Virus record (IMG/VR): IMGVR_UViG_3300001450_000027 | Coordinates: 1 to 64,000 of that record | Source of the DNA: an uncultured virus (IMG/VR IMGVR_UViG_3300001450_000027) | Taxonomy: Duplodnaviria; Heunggongvirae; Uroviricota; Caudoviricetes | DNA length: 64,000 nucleotides | Strand: one strand, 5' to 3' | Shown here: in pieces, positions 39,578-48,192 of the stretch | Numbering within the stretch: the stretch's first letter is position 1 | Layout of the letters: each line of letters starts with the position of its first letter | Program-made: the position numbers and the translations under genes | The notes under the pieces: model-generated | Database searches by the model: none | Seen by the model: only the letters and a program-made list of their open reading frames with translations | Told to the model about the DNA's origin: nothing

Positions 39578-39993
39578 TATTCCTTAACCTCCCTTTGTAT
39601 TTCTTCAGATTGTGGCAAATTAGTTCCACACATCGGATATTTTTTAAGCCAATTCGTGACACCGGCCTGTGCTTGTCCGGGCATCATACCAAAGGAATTA
39701 AAAATGCTTTGCAACCGATTGGAAAAATCACAAGGCCTCATTGCACCACCAGCAACTCCTCTGAACTCTAATCCCAAGCTGGGTAGGTTTAGCCTGTCTG
39801 ACTCCTTCGGGTCTCTAGTTTTTAGCATTGGTATAAGCCTCCCTAGGTCTTTTCCAAGAAGTTTCATATCTTCAGCAAATTTAGGATCTTCTTCGAATCT
39901 TCCCTCTTCGATAACGAACGGGGATTGTTGATCGAGAACAGCTTCTAGCTCTTCTTTAATAATTCGCGTTAATATTTCTTTTGTTAACCTCAT
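39577..39993 (-). CDS. Hypothetical protein with N-terminal MRLT...IIKEEL helix
   Basis: ATG 39993 with AGGAG SD. Confidence 0.6.
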   Translation of the reverse strand: MRLTKEILTRIIKEELEAVLDQQSPFVIEEGRFEEDPKFAEDMKLLGKDLGRLIPMLKTRDPKESDRLNLPSLGLEFRGVAGGAMRPCDFSNRLQSIFNSFGMMPGQAQAGVTNWLKKYPMCGTNLPQSEEIQREVKE

Positions 39994-40006
39994 CAGCACT
40001 CTCCTT

Positions 40007-43000
40007 TTATGTATTGACTTTCGCGTAACCATCAACCTTTGATATGTCGATTGTGGTATCAACAACGTCTTTTAAAGAATCAAGATGCGAGATTAATATT
40101 ACAGTCTTAAATTGATTTTTAATTAATCTTAAAAGATTTGTAAAACCTTCCATGTGATCTTGATCTAAAGCAGTTGCTGGTTCATCAAGAATAAATAGTT
40201 CACTCTTTGGCAAATTCGTAACAGATATCAGTGCGAGTCTTATAGCCATTGAGGCTAGAGTTTTCTCTGCTCCGGAGCCCATAGACAGGGGGCGAGGATC
40301 ATAAGACGGGTGCTTAATCATAATGTCCAATGTCTTGTCGCTGTTAATAAAGAACACCTCGAAATCAACAATATTTTCAAGTATTTTACTGATCTCCTCA
40401 TTTAAGAGGGGAAGGCGCTTTTTGATAATTGCATACGGAATACCATTGGGGTGCATACACTGGATGAACAAATCATATGCTGTCCAGTCCTTCTCCACAT
40501 CTTCCATCTCTGCCTTTCCTTCCTTCAGGGTTTTGAGTATCTGCTTGGTAGCGCTCTCTTCTACAAGGAGATCCTGAAGTTTCTTCTTACACTTATTGAG
40601 TCTAACTTTTTTATTTTGTAAAGAATCAACTAGACCCTGCTTTTCTTCTATCAGGGCTTCAAGATTTTCAATAGCCTCACGATTATCTTCATACTCTGTA
40701 ACTTTTACATCTAGTGCTGAAACTTCGTTGATTAACAATTTAATTTTATTTTTGTTTGAAACCAAGGTCAGACTTTGAGTCTCGACCACCCTATTGGACT
40801 CTCTATGTTTGGAGATAAAAACATTATACTTCTCCATTTGATCTTCTACCGAGGATATATCTAGATCGCCTATTTCGCTCAGTAAATCGCCCCTCACAGT
40901 GTCTAGGCGCGATATACGCCCTTCAAGGTCAGGAAGGTTTTTTGCAGCAATTTTAGCATCTTTAACAAATTTGTTATCAGAGCAGTATTCGCAGTCCGGA
41001 TCGTATTTGTGATTATGAAGCATCTTTATCTTCTTTTGCAAATTGTTACGTTCTTTCGTTAATGAGGTGGCCTTAGCCTTAACATTGTTCAATTCCAAAT
41101 CCATACTTGCTTGTTGTGCTTTCGCATACTTTAAAGCCTCTATGTTTGTGCTCTTGATAATCGTCTCGCAATTTTTTATTGCTTTTTTAGCTTGCTCTAT
41201 TTTACTAGAAATATCTAAATTATTTTCTAGTAAAGTCTCTTTGTTCTTGTTCTTTTGAATTATAAGGCGGTTAACTTTATTGATATCAATAATTTCTGCC
41301 GGGATTTTGTCAATCTGGCTTGTCAACGCCAAAAAGCTAGCATTTAAATTGTTGGATTGTTCTGACAATTTATCACACAAACTATTCTGGGTTTGTCGAT
41401 CTTCTTCAATCTCTTTTATTATTTCTTGATTTTTGGCAATCTGTCGGTCCCATTGTTTCTCTTGCATTCTCTTCATGACACCACGCATCTCTGCGGCATC
41501 TTTCTTGGCCATCTTAAACTTTTTGTCAAAAATCTCAAGATCAAGAAACTTAGCAAGAATCTCTTTTCGCTTTGTTGAGCCCTCTTTAACAAAAGAGAGA
41601 GAGTCAAGTTGAGATGACATTGACGTTAGGAGGAAATCTTCAATGGTACCAAACCTCTTACGGATATTGGCATCTGTTTCATTTCGGGTAGTTCCGTTCA
41701 AACTCTCGTTGCTGGAAATTAGAGAAAAGTCCAAATCAACCTTGGCCTCTTGCGTTTCTTTACCCTTTAGTCGTTTTGTGTATTTTTCTATATTACGACA
41801 TATCTGGTATGTGTTTTCCCCAATTTGAATTTGAATTTTGCCATTGGCTTTCTGTTTGTTTTGGTTAATTATGTGTACGTTCTTTCGCTCGCCTTTCGAG
41901 GTTGAATTAAACAACGTGAATAAAAGGCTGTCAACAATACTAGACTTACCGGAATAATTACGGCCGAAGACACCAACAAGCCCGTTGAGTCTCTCAAAAT
42001 TGATTTTATTTTTTTCTCCGTAATTAAACAAGTTATCCCACTCGACTTCTTTGATTTTCCAAACAACATTTCTTGATACCTCCTCGTTTTTCTGTGCTAT
42101 AATATCGTACTTTTTATTGTGATCTAGAACTTTGTCAATTACCGAATTGTCCAGTTCCATCCCTGATAAATAGTCTTTTATATATGTTTCTTGAACTCTA
42201 ATATCTCTTAAGTTTTCCTTAAGAACTACATTGGCATATGTACCATCGTTTGAGGAAAAAGATTCTTTTCCATTTAATGTAGTAATAGAAAAAGGTCTCC
42301 AATTTGCTTCTGCTATTGCTCTTGCTTTACGGAGTTTATCCGACGGCAAGTTGGTAGACGAGACGAGACGAAGGCGGCAATTTCTTGGAACGTGTACCTC
42401 TTTTGGAATAGTCCCATCTTTATTTAGGCGTATTGTAATAAAAGGCCTTGGGTTAGATAGGTGTACCTTTTTAACCTCAAAGTCGTCTTTTGAGGTTATG
42501 TTCCACAACAAATAACCTTTCAGTGGACTTTCGCTGAACTTTTGTTGCACTAAACTCCCAGAGTAACGAACCCTCCCTTCAGGATCTAATTTTTGCTCCC
42601 GATGGATATCACCAAGCATAGCAAAGTCAAAATCTTGGAATATACTTATGTCATCGTCGCCGTGGTCCATCGCCCAATTCGCACCAGTCATACTACCAAC
42701 CATCGCACCGTGATATAAAGCGATGTTGATATCATCTGAGCTTGAGGGTTTGACCCAATTATCTCGATCAAAAATCGAAAGTACGTTGAAAATAATACCA
42801 GCGGCTGGTTTAAACTCACCAGAATCTTTTAAGTAATGAAGGTTCGGATGCTTAAGTGCGTTAACAATAGGTGTTATTGCATCTTGGCGGTCTGCATTCT
42901 TAAGGTTACCATCATGGTTGCCGGCAATAACAATTGTTGGTGCTATATTAGCAAGACCAAGCAAATATTCAGTGCAGAGTTGAAAATACTCTGGGCTAAG

Positions 43001-43156
43001 TTGGGTCTTCGTATGGGCGATATCGCCACAGACCGTAATATAATCTACTTGCTGTTCGAGTAGAGATTCATACATTTTGTCAAAGACCGCCCTGTATTCA
43101 TCATGATATTTTAAGTTCCGGATATGAATATCCGCCATATGTGCAATTTTAAACAT
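40007..43156 (-). CDS. Fused SbcD(Mre11)-SbcC(Rad50) nuclease/ATPase (gp47+gp46-like)
   Basis: ADIH, GD, GNHD, LGDIH phosphoesterase motifs; GRNYSGKSS Walker A; CEYC zinc hook; SGAE signature; ILDEP; ISH. Confidence 0.93.
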   Translation of the reverse strand: MFKIAHMADIHIRNLKYHDEYRAVFDKMYESLLEQQVDYITVCGDIAHTKTQLSPEYFQLCTEYLLGLANIAPTIVIAGNHDGNLKNADRQDAITPIVNALKHPNLHYLKDSGEFKPAAGIIFNVLSIFDRDNWVKPSSSDDINIALYHGAMVGSMTGANWAMDHGDDDISIFQDFDFAMLGDIHREQKLDPEGRVRYSGSLVQQKFSESPLKGYLLWNITSKDDFEVKKVHLSNPRPFITIRLNKDGTIPKEVHVPRNCRLRLVSSTNLPSDKLRKARAIAEANWRPFSITTLNGKESFSSNDGTYANVVLKENLRDIRVQETYIKDYLSGMELDNSVIDKVLDHNKKYDIIAQKNEEVSRNVVWKIKEVEWDNLFNYGEKNKINFERLNGLVGVFGRNYSGKSSIVDSLLFTLFNSTSKGERKNVHIINQNKQKANGKIQIQIGENTYQICRNIEKYTKRLKGKETQEAKVDLDFSLISSNESLNGTTRNETDANIRKRFGTIEDFLLTSMSSQLDSLSFVKEGSTKRKEILAKFLDLEIFDKKFKMAKKDAAEMRGVMKRMQEKQWDRQIAKNQEIIKEIEEDRQTQNSLCDKLSEQSNNLNASFLALTSQIDKIPAEIIDINKVNRLIIQKNKNKETLLENNLDISSKIEQAKKAIKNCETIIKSTNIEALKYAKAQQASMDLELNNVKAKATSLTKERNNLQKKIKMLHNHKYDPDCEYCSDNKFVKDAKIAAKNLPDLEGRISRLDTVRGDLLSEIGDLDISSVEDQMEKYNVFISKHRESNRVVETQSLTLVSNKNKIKLLINEVSALDVKVTEYEDNREAIENLEALIEEKQGLVDSLQNKKVRLNKCKKKLQDLLVEESATKQILKTLKEGKAEMEDVEKDWTAYDLFIQCMHPNGIPYAIIKKRLPLLNEEISKILENIVDFEVFFINSDKTLDIMIKHPSYDPRPLSMGSGAEKTLASMAIRLALISVTNLPKSELFILDEPATALDQDHMEGFTNLLRLIKNQFKTVILISHLDSLKDVVDTTIDISKVDGYAKVNT

Positions 43157-43164
43157 TTATCCTC

Positions 43165-43377
43165 CTATCGGATTGTTATGCGACCGTCAGTACCTGATGC
43201 TCCACCAATATGGTATTCAAGCCTATACGTGTCTATGATTTTCGCTACAAGTCTTTTCATCTCATCTGACTTGCCTGTTACAATTGTCATCCGTTTGCCC
43301 CAGTTCTCGTTTATAAACCGGTGACATTTGATGACAACTTCTTCATAATTCGCTCCATGTAAATCTAATTCTCTCAC
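43165..43377 (-). CDS. Standalone Smr-domain protein
   Basis: LDLHG and IVTGK motifs; 70 aa. Confidence 0.75.
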   Translation of the reverse strand: MRELDLHGANYEEVVIKCHRFINENWGKRMTIVTGKSDEMKRLVAKIIDTYRLEYHIGGASGTDGRITIR

Positions 43378-44312
43378 ATTATCCTCCTAAGCTCATCCAT
43401 CAAAAAATAATCATCATGGTCAATCGCTTGTGCCATTTGCTTTCGAGATGCAAAAATCCGTGGCGGCATTTCGGCAATGTCCTCAAAGCCACTCGTATCA
43501 ATCTTGTATAACTCAATATCATAGTATAGCATATTTTTAATGATTTGTCCAGTCTTTTTTTCAACATCTTGATCAAAAGCTAGATAAACCGGGGTGTCGT
43601 TGAGAGCGATTGCTTGGAATAGCTTTGCTTTGTCTCGGAGAGTAGAGCCCAACACAGGGATGGCGTTTTCCCCGGCCGAAATAGCATCAAAAACCCCTTC
43701 TACTAAGACTATCGGTTCATCCCAGTCTACATATAATTCGTTGAAAATTATGTCCCTTTCTGCCGGAGGGTTGAGGTACCTCCATTTGTGGCCGACGTAA
43801 GATCTGGCGATAAAATAATTTATGTCCCCTTTGTTATTGAAGGAAGGTATGATAGTGCGACCCCCGTAACGACCCTCGGGACAGTAGCCAATCTTCCATC
43901 GCAGAATCTCTTTCTTACCGATATCTCTGCTTTTGAGGTAATCGAGAGCTTTCTTCGAAGACCGAGGCAGATGCTTGTTGCAGAGCGAAATGAATTCCTC
44001 TGGTAAGGAGATCACCTGCTCTTCTTCTATGTTGTTGATTTCATTGAAGATTTGGTCAAACTCTGATAGGTCGAGTCTGCCTTCAAGCTCAAGCCACTTC
44101 TGTCTTTGTTGGTAGGTTCCGAACTTGCGGACGATACGATAAATACTTTTACCAGTGCGATCACAAATCCAACATTTGAAAAAGCCCTTCTTATAATTCA
44201 GGGACATCTTCTTCTTATGATGATTACAATACGGGCAATGATATAAAAATTCGGAATTACTTTGCCTTGGGCTTCCTAAGATTTCAGACATTATTTTAAT
44301 CTTTTCTTCCAT
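43374..44312 (-). CDS. DNA primase (zinc finger + TOPRIM)
   Basis: CPYC...CWIC, YL..R, IIP, YLNP, LVEGVFDAI, FD.D. Confidence 0.85.
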   Translation of the reverse strand: MEEKIKIMSEILGSPRQSNSEFLYHCPYCNHHKKKMSLNYKKGFFKCWICDRTGKSIYRIVRKFGTYQQRQKWLELEGRLDLSEFDQIFNEINNIEEEQVISLPEEFISLCNKHLPRSSKKALDYLKSRDIGKKEILRWKIGYCPEGRYGGRTIIPSFNNKGDINYFIARSYVGHKWRYLNPPAERDIIFNELYVDWDEPIVLVEGVFDAISAGENAIPVLGSTLRDKAKLFQAIALNDTPVYLAFDQDVEKKTGQIIKNMLYYDIELYKIDTSGFEDIAEMPPRIFASRKQMAQAIDHDDYFLMDELRRIM

Positions 44313-44478
44313 CTATCACCTCCAGTCTTTCTGCTTGTGTGGTTGTGTAATACCATTGTCCGTTGATATCATCCCACACCACCACAACATGCCCGGTTTT
44401 TTTTATTTGCTTTATGGTTCCAAATGCTTCATCGTATTTCCACATAGGGGACATTCTAACTCTATCACCGACTTTCAT
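44296..44478 (-). CDS. Small SH3/KOW-like protein, array member 3
   Basis: MKVGDRV...G.I....VVVVW.....LEVI. Confidence 0.7.
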   Translation of the reverse strand: MKVGDRVRMSPMWKYDEAFGTIKQIKKTGHVVVVWDDINGQWYYTTTQAERLEVIDGRKD

Positions 44479-44632
44479 TTATCACCTTCAAGTATTTCTT
44501 TTCTTCGAATTCTAGTCTTGGCATATCATCACAAAACCATTTGACAACGATCGTTTCACCTAATAGATGTACTATCTTTCCTTCGCCTAACGCAGGTTTC
44601 CACTTTCTTATAACACTATCACCGATTTTCAT
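44465..44632 (-). CDS. Small SH3/KOW-like protein, array member 2 (55 aa, below the ORF-track cutoff)
   Basis: MKIGDSVIRKWKPALGEGKIVHLLGETIVVKWFCDDMPRLEFEEKKYLKVINESR; GGAGG SD. Confidence 0.75.
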   Translation of the reverse strand: MKIGDSVIRKWKPALGEGKIVHLLGETIVVKWFCDDMPRLEFEEKKYLKVINESR

Positions 44633-44804
44633 TTATTACCTCCAAGTATTCTGATTCGTAGCTTTGTGAATAATCACCGTCTGACCATAGTACAGCTACA
44701 AACGATTTTATAATTTTGCTCTCTCTAATAAACCTAATGGGATCTGAGACTATAATCCCTATTCTTCCTGAATATTTACCTTTAACCAGATCACCAATTT
44801 TCAC
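44619..44804 (-). CDS. Small SH3/KOW-like protein, array member 1
   Basis: GTG start at 44804 with GGAGG SD; (M)KIGDLVKG...GIIV...VLW....YLEVINENR. Confidence 0.75.
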   Translation of the reverse strand: MKIGDLVKGKYSGRIGIIVSDPIRFIRESKIIKSFVAVLWSDGDYSQSYESEYLEVINENR

Positions 44805-45265
44805 TGGGGCCTCCACCAATTTGGTGGCTGTGTTTTCCACTTTGCAAAGCGAGCCTTCTCGCCATGATAATAGGCACGATACGCAGTCACAGCACAAGGA
44901 TTTTTGTACTCTACTGGCATTGCTTGCGCGAAGGGCAACAGACCTGTGCTTGGAAGGTTGATGGTAAGAGAGCCGCACCACTCAATATGTTGCTGTGATT
45001 TATGAATCTTGCCATAGCGTTTAGTGTATTCGTGGCATAGTGCCATACCATGTTTAACAAGCCAATCCCAATTTTGCTTGGACTTAGCAGCCCACAGCGT
45101 ACAAGGATGTTTTTTGTGTGTGGCTTTGTATGGGGCGGTGAAGTCATTAGCATGTGCAATGGTGCAAAGCATTTGTGCTGTCTCAAGGATCATTTTGACA
45201 ACGTGCTTATCACATTGCATTTGGGCTGCAATACTTGGATCTGTATGTAAAACAAAAATATTCAT
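44801..45265 (-). CDS. Pyrimidine-dimer DNA glycosylase / endonuclease V-like family protein
   Basis: MNIFVL..DP..AAQ..CDKHVVKM.LE.AQML, H..HPCT.W, EY..RYGK.H, AYR.YY; true start 45265 with GGAGG SD. Confidence 0.75.
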   Translation of the reverse strand: MNIFVLHTDPSIAAQMQCDKHVVKMILETAQMLCTIAHANDFTAPYKATHKKHPCTLWAAKSKQNWDWLVKHGMALCHEYTKRYGKIHKSQQHIEWCGSLTINLPSTGLLPFAQAMPVEYKNPCAVTAYRAYYHGEKARFAKWKTQPPNWWRPQ

Positions 45266-45287
45266 GGTACCTCCGATGTACTCTTGG

Positions 45288-45315
45288 AATATAACACGTT
45301 TGTTAAACTTGTCAA
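45288..45315 (-). promoter_or_regulatory. sigma70-type promoter
   Basis: TTGACA-N16-TATATT with TG extended -10. Confidence 0.65.
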
Positions 45316-45320
45316 ATAAC

Positions 45321-45923
45321 TTATTTGCTCTTTGGGGTAACACCGCTTCTAAGAGCGATCTCGCAAATATGCTCCAATCTCTCGATATGCTCAAAAGCAT
45401 CCCATGGGTTTTTTCCCACTGAGCACACACCGTGAGCGGCTTGTCCAACAATATCATAGATAATTTTGCGGTCCTTAGTCATGGCACCATACGTTGCAAA
45501 AGCCAATTCGGAACTCGTTACAGGCAAAACAGGAACTGAGGGACCCACCCTCGTATACCTGCTGACTTCAGGAAACTCTGCTGCTAGTATTTGAAGATCC
45601 CAGCCGGCATACATTGCTGCAATGATATTTGTTGGGTGAAGATGTACAACCGCCCTTGTAGCTTTGTAACTTCTCTGTAGCATCAAATGCATCTCCAATT
45701 CACCGGAAGGTTTAGAGTTGTTTTCTCCAAGAACATAGTGGTCAGTGTTGTCGAACGCCACCTTTAACATGTGTTCTGGGTGTATAATCGTTTTGCGCCA
45801 ACCTGATGGTGTAATGTACATGGTGTCTTTCCCATGACGACAAAGAGAGATGTTGCCATCTCTCGTGGTTATCCAGCCCTTCTCATACGCTGTTCTCATC
45901 ACATCGCCCATTGCCGTTAGCAT
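45321..45923 (-). CDS. Class II aldolase/adducin-family metalloenzyme
   Basis: DGNIS, YITPSG, KPSGELEMH, VVHLHP, HGV; start MLTAM. Confidence 0.85.
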   Translation of the reverse strand: MLTAMGDVMRTAYEKGWITTRDGNISLCRHGKDTMYITPSGWRKTIIHPEHMLKVAFDNTDHYVLGENNSKPSGELEMHLMLQRSYKATRAVVHLHPTNIIAAMYAGWDLQILAAEFPEVSRYTRVGPSVPVLPVTSSELAFATYGAMTKDRKIIYDIVGQAAHGVCSVGKNPWDAFEHIERLEHICEIALRSGVTPKSK

Positions 45924-45925
45924 TT

Positions 45926-46345
45926 TTAGTTTCCTTTGTTCTTCTCTTGCCACTCATGCGATATCTCGTCTTTTGCGATTGGGCCGCCTTTCGCCCACGT
46001 TCTACAAGCACGAGCACTATGGCACTTGAAATGGTGCATCCAACAATACCCCAGCCTACCGTCGTCATCTGATACAGGGCCGGGCATACACTTGTCCATT
46101 CTTGGGCTGATGTCGAAAGCGACACAGTTGCCACAAAGAGACTTTTTTGCTGCTTCTTCTTCAGTATTCCAATAATCCGCGATCTCTTTCCAGTAGCTGC
46201 CGGGCTGGTCAACGTTAAGAGGACCGTACTGTATGTGCTCGGCTTTGATTGCTGCGTCTCTGTTTTTAGTATTCAACTCAAGATCTTGGGTTGCTTCCGG
46301 GCATAATATCTTTTTTATTGCTTTTATGATTTTAACTCTTATCAT
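45926..46345 (-). CDS. Cys-rich hypothetical protein
   Basis: YGP.N, CGNC.AF, GYC...FKC...R.C..W. Confidence 0.65.
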   Translation of the reverse strand: MIRVKIIKAIKKILCPEATQDLELNTKNRDAAIKAEHIQYGPLNVDQPGSYWKEIADYWNTEEEAAKKSLCGNCVAFDISPRMDKCMPGPVSDDDGRLGYCWMHHFKCHSARACRTWAKGGPIAKDEISHEWQEKNKGN

Positions 46346-46348
46346 GTT

Positions 46349-46909
46349 TTATTCCTCAGCTACTGATTTAGAACCACGGCACTTCCATTTCTTTCTGGAC
46401 AGGGTATTGGCACAAGGTGGGTTTTTACATTTTTTAATTTTTGCGGATCTCGCACAGTAGGCATCACCCTTCTTTGTGCCGGGTCTGATTCTATCTCCCC
46501 CGCCTTTGGCTTGCCCTTTTTGTCCGAATGAGCGACACTTACCGTCAACCCTTTTTGCGAAACGTTTGCCCTTAGAAGGTTTACAAGCCTTCTTTTCTTC
46601 TTCATCAAGCTCGTCTTCTTTTAGGACCTTGTCAATCCTATCGGCTTGGCCTTTATGCATTTTCGAGGCATTCTTCAACTCGTCCTCAATATCTTCGAGT
46701 TCGCCCTCCTCATCATCGGTCACCTCTTCCTTTACATCTTTCCAGATTTCGCCCTTGCGGCACCTAACAACGGCGCCAGAGGCGTAGGCAGAAGGCCACA
46801 CATCATATTTACGTTTAGCAATACGAGTACAGCGATCATCCTTCTCGGAAAGGACCGCGCTTATCTCTTGCTCTATAATTCTTGCTACTTCTTCGCTTGT
46901 AAGATTCAT
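46349..46909 (-). CDS. Modular basic/acidic protein, putative head cargo
   Basis: IIEQE helix; WPSAYASG module; SFGQ.G...YCAR module. Confidence 0.6.
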   Translation of the reverse strand: MNLTSEEVARIIEQEISAVLSEKDDRCTRIAKRKYDVWPSAYASGAVVRCRKGEIWKDVKEEVTDDEEGELEDIEDELKNASKMHKGQADRIDKVLKEDELDEEEKKACKPSKGKRFAKRVDGKCRSFGQKGQAKGGGDRIRPGTKKGDAYCARSAKIKKCKNPPCANTLSRKKWKCRGSKSVAEE

Positions 46910-48165
46910 TTTTTCTTCCCCCATTTTTTACCTTTACCTTTTGTTCCGCATGCTCCCGGCGTAGGCCTGCATGACGGATACTTAGATCTTTTTTCACCAT
47001 CTTCTCTACCACAGGACTTACAAGTTTTTTTACCTGTCTTTTTGTCCTTTCGGCAAGTGTTACAATCAACCCACCCTTGTGATTTTCCTTTACCGCCTTG
47101 GCGAGAGAACCAACCGTGTAGACCGGAGTCCTTCTCTTTAGAATAATCAGTCTTCTCTTCTAAGGATGCTTCAGACTCTTGTTCGTTTGTCTGCTTCCTA
47201 CAGGAACCCCTTTCACCTTTGGCGACTTTCGGGTTTCTTTCGTATCCGGGCCAACACTTTTCAGAAAGTGCTTGTTGCATTTCCTCTCCGATGATCCTGT
47301 CAAGATCTTCTAGTGTTATTTCTGTATCTTGAGATATTCTCGGGCCTCGGAGTTGAATTGCTTCAACCTGACATTCTCCGAAAAGCAGAAACTCTGACTC
47401 AACGCTGGCTGGGTTCAGTTTCTTGATTCCATTATCTTTTTTGTATTCTCCACCCTTATACTTAGCAAACGGCTGGGTGTTCATAAACAACCCACTGTTG
47501 CATTTGGCGTATACAATACAAGATATCTCTCCACCCGGATTCTCTGTCGATGCAAATGTCTTTGCGATTCTCTCTGTTGGTGTCCAAGAACTAACTCCAC
47601 CATATTTACCTTGTGATTTGTATGTAAAGTTAACTGGAAAGGGCTTGTTATAATTAAGAATTTCCGTGTCTGGTGACATTGCCTCAAGGGCCCCGGATGC
47701 ATTCTTCTTTACCCACTCCAAAGGAACATACATACCGCGCAACATTGTGGCTTCCGGGTTACCACATTTCTTAAAATCATCGGCATATGCACCAGATGAT
47801 AATATAGATTTCAAAGCTTTAATACTCTCCTCGTCAAGCGGGGGCTCATTTTCTTTAACCCAGTGACTTGTTGTATTAAAGTGTTTGTGGAGTTGTAGGT
47901 AAAGCTTTCTTTCTATCTCAGTGTCTGGTTCGCCAAATATATCCAAATCATTTGCGTACATGGGGTTGGCTGATGGCCAGACATACTTACCTAAAATACC
48001 TTGCTGCTCTGTGACATTTCGTAAGCCTTGGTGTTTTGATCTTTCTACGTGGCCACAGTGTTCGTCTTCTGGGCTTATGTTTGCGTGTGAGTGACCAAAA
48101 GAACCGGCAGTCGAATACATCTCGTCTAACCCCTCATCGGCCTTTCTTTTTATTTTAACTTTCAT
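46906..48165 (-). CDS. Modular protein with putative ADP-ribosyltransferase (R-S-E) domain and basic Cys-rich modules
   Basis: LRG, VSSWT...IA..FA, ESE; then IIGEE helix, KCWPGY, LHGWF..WVDC, YPSCRP. Confidence 0.55.
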   Translation of the reverse strand: MKVKIKRKADEGLDEMYSTAGSFGHSHANISPEDEHCGHVERSKHQGLRNVTEQQGILGKYVWPSANPMYANDLDIFGEPDTEIERKLYLQLHKHFNTTSHWVKENEPPLDEESIKALKSILSSGAYADDFKKCGNPEATMLRGMYVPLEWVKKNASGALEAMSPDTEILNYNKPFPVNFTYKSQGKYGGVSSWTPTERIAKTFASTENPGGEISCIVYAKCNSGLFMNTQPFAKYKGGEYKKDNGIKKLNPASVESEFLLFGECQVEAIQLRGPRISQDTEITLEDLDRIIGEEMQQALSEKCWPGYERNPKVAKGERGSCRKQTNEQESEASLEEKTDYSKEKDSGLHGWFSRQGGKGKSQGWVDCNTCRKDKKTGKKTCKSCGREDGEKRSKYPSCRPTPGACGTKGKGKKWGKKK

Positions 48166-48192
48166 GTATAGTCCTCAAGCTATACTAAATAG

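Noticed and set aside
44619..45457. Long ORF-track versions (44981, 45457; likewise 1513, 14034, 37089, 40065, 46924, 48728)
   Set aside because: The extensions overlap neighbouring genes or promoters; downstream starts have SDs, coupling overlaps or family-typical N-termini.
45883..46212. 109-aa alternative-frame minus-strand ORF
   Set aside because: Nested in the Cys-rich gene and the aldolase start, with no SD or motif.
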